Assembly (NCBI GenBank): GCA_001599295.1
Contig: BCGN01000008.1
Span: 186,001 to 250,000, forward strand
DNA length: 64,000 nucleotides
Reading direction: 5' to 3'
From: Sporopachydermia quercuum
Taxonomy: Eukaryota
The position numbers were made by a program, and so were the translations under genes. The notes under the pieces were generated by a model that saw only the letters and a list, made by a program, of their open reading frames with translations, was not told the DNA's origin and searched no databases. Positions within the stretch are counted from its first letter, which is position 1; each line of letters starts with the position of its first letter. Positions 58,795 to 64,000 of this stretch are shown in pieces.

Positions 58795-59058
58795 CTACAC
58801 TTTAGATGCAACAGTTTGCTCTGATTGAAGCTTTAAAGCATTTCGCTCGTGTAATTCTTCTTTACAAGATTGTAAGCCTGAACAGTTGTGGTTCTCAAGA
58901 AGTCTATGCTTTGAGCAAAAGTGACCTTCGCAGAATGCACAATCACCAACAATCCGCAGTGGAGCTGATGTACATGACTTCAATGAACATCTCTTCTTAC
59001 TTGTCTTCTTTTTAGGAATAGCGATGTTGCTTTGTTGGTTGGAAATTGTTTCACCCAT
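58795..59058 (-). CDS. TMC1: AN1-type zinc-finger protein, Tmc1-like
   Basis: RC...SC...PLRIVGDC.FC.GHFCSKHRLLENH.C.GL..CK. Lies near ETT1 as YOR052C does in S. cerevisiae. PACE-like GGTGGCAC at 59363-59370. Confidence 0.85.
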   Translation of the reverse strand: MGETISNQQSNIAIPKKKTSKKRCSLKSCTSAPLRIVGDCAFCEGHFCSKHRLLENHNCSGLQSCKEELHERNALKLQSEQTVASKV

Positions 59059-60953
59059 ATTGTTCTGTCTATAATTATCGTAATTGTATCAGTAAAAATA
59101 ACAGGCTTATTCAAGAGTTGACTGCAGCTGTTTTATTTTTTTATTCTTGATAGTCTAATTAGCCTTGTATTTTATCTTCTTTTTTTTTGCTTTTATCTTT
59201 TTACAATCAGGACTCCAAATCCGACGTTTCCTTTTTGTTTTTTCCTTCAATATAATCAAAAAGCAATAATAAAACTAAACTAATAGCTTATATCATATAA
59301 CAAGCCATTTATATTACTCTACAGTTAACAACATAGAAACAGTATCGAAACAAGAACAACTCGGTGGCACATCCATTATTATATACGAAGGTTAACTTGA
59401 ACCTGGTGATACCCACAGAACAGAAGTGCAACGCCTAGGAGTTTCTGTGACTAAAATGTGTTGCAGATTTGTACGTAAGAAAAATGTTGAGATTACTCAT
59501 TCGGAAATGGTCATCAATGCATGAGTGGTGAAAGGAAGTTCGGACAGGTTGAAAACTGGATGGGCAGTGGAAAGTTGTCCGGGAAGTATAAAGGGATGGT
59601 AGGTAATAATATAATGGAGAGAGAAATAGAAGGATTGACTAAGAGTAGGCGGATGAATGAATTTCAGTATCATGTAACAGAAGTAATAGGTCGTTAGAGG
59701 GATATTTTTGATTATTTATTTAACCAAAACATTTGAAAAACAAATCATCTTATGAGTAATGCAGTATCCGGAGGATGCGAAGATATTAATCAAACATTAG
59801 TGAATGAACAGCAGATCGATAAACACCTTGTCAGTAAGAATCTTGGATCGCGGGAAACGATAATCGAACTCTCGGGACAGTCGAGTAATTACCGTTAATG
59901 GTCAACTATATTTCAAGCAATCTCTTTATAAAATGCTTGTCCTGTTGCGTGATGCAGTTAACCTGCATGCCAATCCTAACTACAGTAGAATATATATGTT
60001 CCATCATCATTGATACTACAGACGATTTCTCCATAAACAACACATCTTAACAAATCATCTATTTATTCGTATCTTCATAATTTATCTGAAGATCTAATTC
60101 CACCTTTTTCCTATATTCTTATTATCTCAAAGAAGCTTTCTTTTCACTCCAGACACTCTATTCAAAATATCGCAGAACATTTTCCCCTGTTTCGTGAAGT
60201 AATTCTGCGTCTGAATTCATCATTGTTTCCAACCTAAATTACCCGAAATGAGATATGAAGTGTATACGCAAACAGTAACTCTAATTAGGCAACTATTTCT
60301 TATCATTATTGATAAGGAAACAAACGGAAGAATAATAGGTGATCAGAACAGTTTGGAATAAGAAGGAAAACACAATGAAAGAGAAATCAGGATTATTAAC
60401 GGATCGAGAAGTAATCGCTATTTCTGAAATTTGTAGATGTTGTTAATACCATTATTATTTCATTTATTGAGTATAAGGAAGTATGGTTAAATGTGACTTT
60501 ACGGTAGATGGAAGAAGGATCTAGGTGTCGGGCATAGTGTAAAGTGTGATTGGATCATCGACTTGTGGTAGCGTGTGGCATATAAAGTATGTCCACTATG
60601 ATAATGATTTGATAACCTGCTATTAATTCTTTTTTATTATTCCTGCTTGGTCTAGTTTATTAGATTCAGATAATATTTCATTATTCAGTATTATTAAGCT
60701 TTCCTTAAATTTTACAAATTGGCAATACTTAAAAATCAATATTTTATTGTATTACCATAGTCCACACGATAATTCCTATAAATAATAATAAAAAGAGTTA
60801 CATATATAAGTAATACCAAACGACAAAAAAGCCGTTATTTTCTAAATCCATACCCGTTCCAAAAGGAGAAACATTAACCATTCACCTTCTGCTTCACTTT
60901 AATTTCAAAATATTATACACACCAATATACATCAATTTCTATTCCTAAATTTG

Positions 60954-63383
60954 CTAAAATGAACTCCAACTCCAATCAGCAGGAACTACACTTGGCATCT
61001 TCTCTTCACGATCATTACCATGAACACTTACAATGCTACCTCTTCTCAAATCTTCTCTAGAACTTGCAAGCAACTCAAGCAAACTATTACCAATAACTGA
61101 CTTGTTACGACCCCGAGGTTGTAATCCATCAGTCATACTTTCTCTTGATCCATCAGGTTTGCCTCTATCAGTTTCTGGATAATGATAGTTCAATCCATCT
61201 TTACCAATCTTATCACTGTCTACCAATCTTGTGTTATTTGAAACGCCATGAATATAATCTCTTTCATCAGTTTTATAATCAATAGATAACAGTTCTTGAT
61301 CACCAGCTTTGGTATAACTAGTATTGAATACAACTCTAGGTGTATCGAAACCATTTGATCCCGTAGAACCTGAATTTCGAGACATATCTGTAGATGCACT
61401 ATCTTGAGAACCGCCTGCTCTTGTTGCCCGAGGAGATTGCCAGAGTTTACCAGATTTTATACTTTCATTGTCACTTGACCGGGACCTTAATTTGAATCTT
61501 CCGTTTGTCAACGTTTGAGGCAACGGCAATCCATGTTTGAGGGCCCAATTAACATCATAAATAAGCTTCTCAAAATCAGATGCACAGAGATCACAGACTT
61601 TACTCAAAATGCCTTCATCAATATTACCTAAACTTATGGTAGTGTTTATATATCCTTTATTGTCTGTTACTCGCATTCTTTCTATAACTTCACCATTGAA
61701 GTCATCAGTATCAGCTACATGGGACACAAGGTTAATTCCAACGACATCTTCTACTCGAAAATTGAAATCCGCGTCATATATGTTCAATTCAAGTAGATGA
61801 GAAAGACATGCCTTACAGAAAATTTCTCCACAGCGTCTACAGTGATGTCTCCTTTCGAAAAAGGTGAAAGGTTTGCCGCATTTCTTATTGAAGCACTTTT
61901 CACGTAGCTCATCAGGAACCCAGTGATCCTTTGGTAGGGTTGTTGGTTTCATCTTTGGTTTCCTTAGTAGTCGCAAGCTTGTGGTTGTTGGGTCAGAAAT
62001 AGAGACAAAAGGAGAAGCGGCTGGTAGATTTAGATTGAGTCTCAACCCTGTACCGTTGTCAATTCCTTCAACCATCGATTTGGAATGTCCTGACTTCCCA
62101 TTATTGAAATCAAGGCACTCATTTTTAGTAGTAGGAGAAAACAAAGAGTAATCAGATGTATCAGGTGCTGAAGAGTACATATCAGGTGACACAGCCGAAA
62201 TAGTATGGCTATGGCCTCTGCGAGTTTGATTATTGAATCTAGTAGTTCCCGGCGTGATAACACTTGGAGTGAAAGAACACGTTCTTAATACAGCAGGTAC
62301 GTATAGAGGAGTCTTTGGAGTTTGCAGTTGTTTAGGGGGTGACCGAGGAGGACTGGTATTGCTACTGTTATATTTAGAAGTTGTTGATTCCCTTTCGTTT
62401 TGATCTTTGTCAACTTTAGGTACTTTTGAAAAATCAGTGAAACTGTTGTTTCTATAGTCGTCATCTTTCTGATGCTCACTTTCTTCCTCTGTTGGCGATA
62501 ATAAGTTTTTGAAATCAAGGCGAGCTGGCTGACAACTAAGAGATCTTGTTGACAGGTTTGATTTTACCGATGAAAAAGAACCATTAGTGCTTGTTCGTTT
62601 AAGCCTTCTTAATGATGTTGCAGAACTGTTATTGAAATCAAGTGTTGATTTACTCTTTCTGTTGGAAACCCCATTGGTTGTCGAATCACCATTCAAATTA
62701 CCACGACTATTTTCGTCGTTTTTATTTGAATCTAATTTCCTCTCAAAAGAGCTCTTAGCACCAATCGGAACATTATCGTCGCTAGGTCCAAATAGAGTGA
62801 CCGACAATTTTACTGTAGTGGGAACCTCAGTCAACGTGGAGCTTGAAGTTGCCATACTTCTCTTGTTACTATAAAATAAAGACTTTTGTTTCTCGTTTCG
62901 TTTGTTTTGTTCGTATTGAGGAATATCATTAGGGAACAGCTGTTTCCTGCGCTGTTGTGAAGTCTGATTAAGTTCATTACCTTGAGCTGATTTATTCAAT
63001 TCACTTGCCTTTGATGCAACGTGTGAAAGACAAGAAGGTCTCTTCTCGGTTTGCTTCACTTTTGATGGGTCGATCTCTTTCTTTGAAAATGAAATAGTGA
63101 GTGATCTTTCTGACTCAGAAGGGACAAGTTTTTCGTTCACTTTAATTGAAGAATCTTGCGACTTCTCTGATCCCGAGGAACTTCGACTTGATATTAGATT
63201 TGTGCTTGAATTTGAGCCTTCTGAATCATATGCCAATAAAGATGTTGAAGTTATGTGTGATGAAGGGGAACTTGGCTCAGCGAGCGATTTTTCATCCGGT
63301 TTGTTCATAGCATGACAATCGTTTAATTTATTGATAGAACTGCTTGTTTGGTTCTCAGGAAACATTGACTCTGGTTTCTCCAT
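60954..63383 (-). CDS. PIB2: FYVE-domain TORC1 activator Pib2
   Basis: PLYVPAVLR motif, FYVE domain (WVPD, RRHHCRRCG, KVC) and diagnostic tail VPADWSWSSF. First in-frame ATG is 63383; the true start is uncertain. Confidence 0.9.
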   Translation of the reverse strand: MEKPESMFPENQTSSSINKLNDCHAMNKPDEKSLAEPSSPSSHITSTSLLAYDSEGSNSSTNLISSRSSSGSEKSQDSSIKVNEKLVPSESERSLTISFSKKEIDPSKVKQTEKRPSCLSHVASKASELNKSAQGNELNQTSQQRRKQLFPNDIPQYEQNKRNEKQKSLFYSNKRSMATSSSTLTEVPTTVKLSVTLFGPSDDNVPIGAKSSFERKLDSNKNDENSRGNLNGDSTTNGVSNRKSKSTLDFNNSSATSLRRLKRTSTNGSFSSVKSNLSTRSLSCQPARLDFKNLLSPTEEESEHQKDDDYRNNSFTDFSKVPKVDKDQNERESTTSKYNSSNTSPPRSPPKQLQTPKTPLYVPAVLRTCSFTPSVITPGTTRFNNQTRRGHSHTISAVSPDMYSSAPDTSDYSLFSPTTKNECLDFNNGKSGHSKSMVEGIDNGTGLRLNLNLPAASPFVSISDPTTTSLRLLRKPKMKPTTLPKDHWVPDELREKCFNKKCGKPFTFFERRHHCRRCGEIFCKACLSHLLELNIYDADFNFRVEDVVGINLVSHVADTDDFNGEVIERMRVTDNKGYINTTISLGNIDEGILSKVCDLCASDFEKLIYDVNWALKHGLPLPQTLTNGRFKLRSRSSDNESIKSGKLWQSPRATRAGGSQDSASTDMSRNSGSTGSNGFDTPRVVFNTSYTKAGDQELLSIDYKTDERDYIHGVSNNTRLVDSDKIGKDGLNYHYPETDRGKPDGSRESMTDGLQPRGRNKSVIGNSLLELLASSREDLRRGSIVSVHGNDREEKMPSVVPADWSWSSF

Positions 63384-64000
63384 ATTGCTTGGATTATAGG
63401 CACATTTTGATCTTCTTCTCACCTAAAAGAATTTCTGTTACTAAGGTTGTCGATTGTTTCGTTGATATCTAACACTCTTGCCTTTCATTCAGTTCAATCC
63501 ACCATCTACTTAATTTTAAGTGAATTTATTGTATTTAGAAAGTTCTTACTCAAATCACCTTTTCCTTTGAAATTTAATACTAATAAATCCTTGAATCTAT
63601 CCATACTCTCTCTGTACAGTGAGCCTGGCGAGTTAGTCATTTCACTACGAATGTAAATCATTGTCCTATAAAGTAACTTGCTCAGTCAGGCAAATGAGAG
63701 GTGTATGAATGATACAACCAAGATCTGTCTTGCCTACACTGAATTTATCAAGGCTATTACAAAAAGGGAGCCAATGATTAATTAGTGTATTTGTCATGTG
63801 AACTTAAAATATAGTTTTGAAAATCTGAGCTAAAATTGCTAGAAGAAGAATAAAAGTGAAACTTTATTCGAGATGGCTGTAGGGAAGGTATCCTATCTTT
63901 GGTATATAGATTTAAGGACCAGGAAATTTGATAATGAGTTCTTCCTGAATAACAATTTGATCAAAATAAATGTGCACTAAGTTTGATGGTGCAGTCAATC

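Noticed and set aside
63423..63445. TTTTAG acceptor-like site just before the GTG-started PIB2 ORF
   Set aside because: The branch point would be TAGTAAC, and no in-frame canonical donor was found upstream in the window.
1..64000. Many 60-150 aa antisense or overlapping ORFs; mobile elements; CRISPR arrays
   Set aside because: The ORFs are shadows of real genes. No LTR, transposase, reverse transcriptase or spaced-repeat array was seen.

Overview
Gene-dense nuclear DNA from an AT-rich budding yeast (Saccharomycotina). CTG falls at conserved Leu positions in UBC9 and BET3, so the standard code is inferred. I can support 27 protein-coding genes: MNL1/HTM1 (partial), TOM22, CPT1/EPT1, ATG14-like, mitochondrial AAT, a Btn2/sHsp-like gene, SHY1, DAM1, PRP22, SKI2, an ECM19-like gene absent from the ORF track, SYO1, UBC9, PEX19, VAC14, PRE1, PRI1, EGH1, SQT1, RIB5, SLM1, BET3, ETT1, MET1, a YKR070W/HDHD5-like HAD hydrolase, a TMC1-like AN1 zinc finger and PIB2. 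Ten of them carry 14 spliceosomal introns, reconstructed by hand. I found no tRNA, rRNA, transposon or CRISPR array. The most interesting unexplained signals are (1) a ~190-nt multi-stem, possibly pseudoknotted RNA structure abutting the stop codon of the TMC1-like gene, (2) an unannotated H/ACA-like two-hairpin RNA at ~12.2-12.4 kb, (3) the hidden three-exon ECM19-like microprotein gene and (4) an Atg14 whose two CxxC pairs are split by ~235 residues. Gene names come from recalled motifs and synteny, not database searches.
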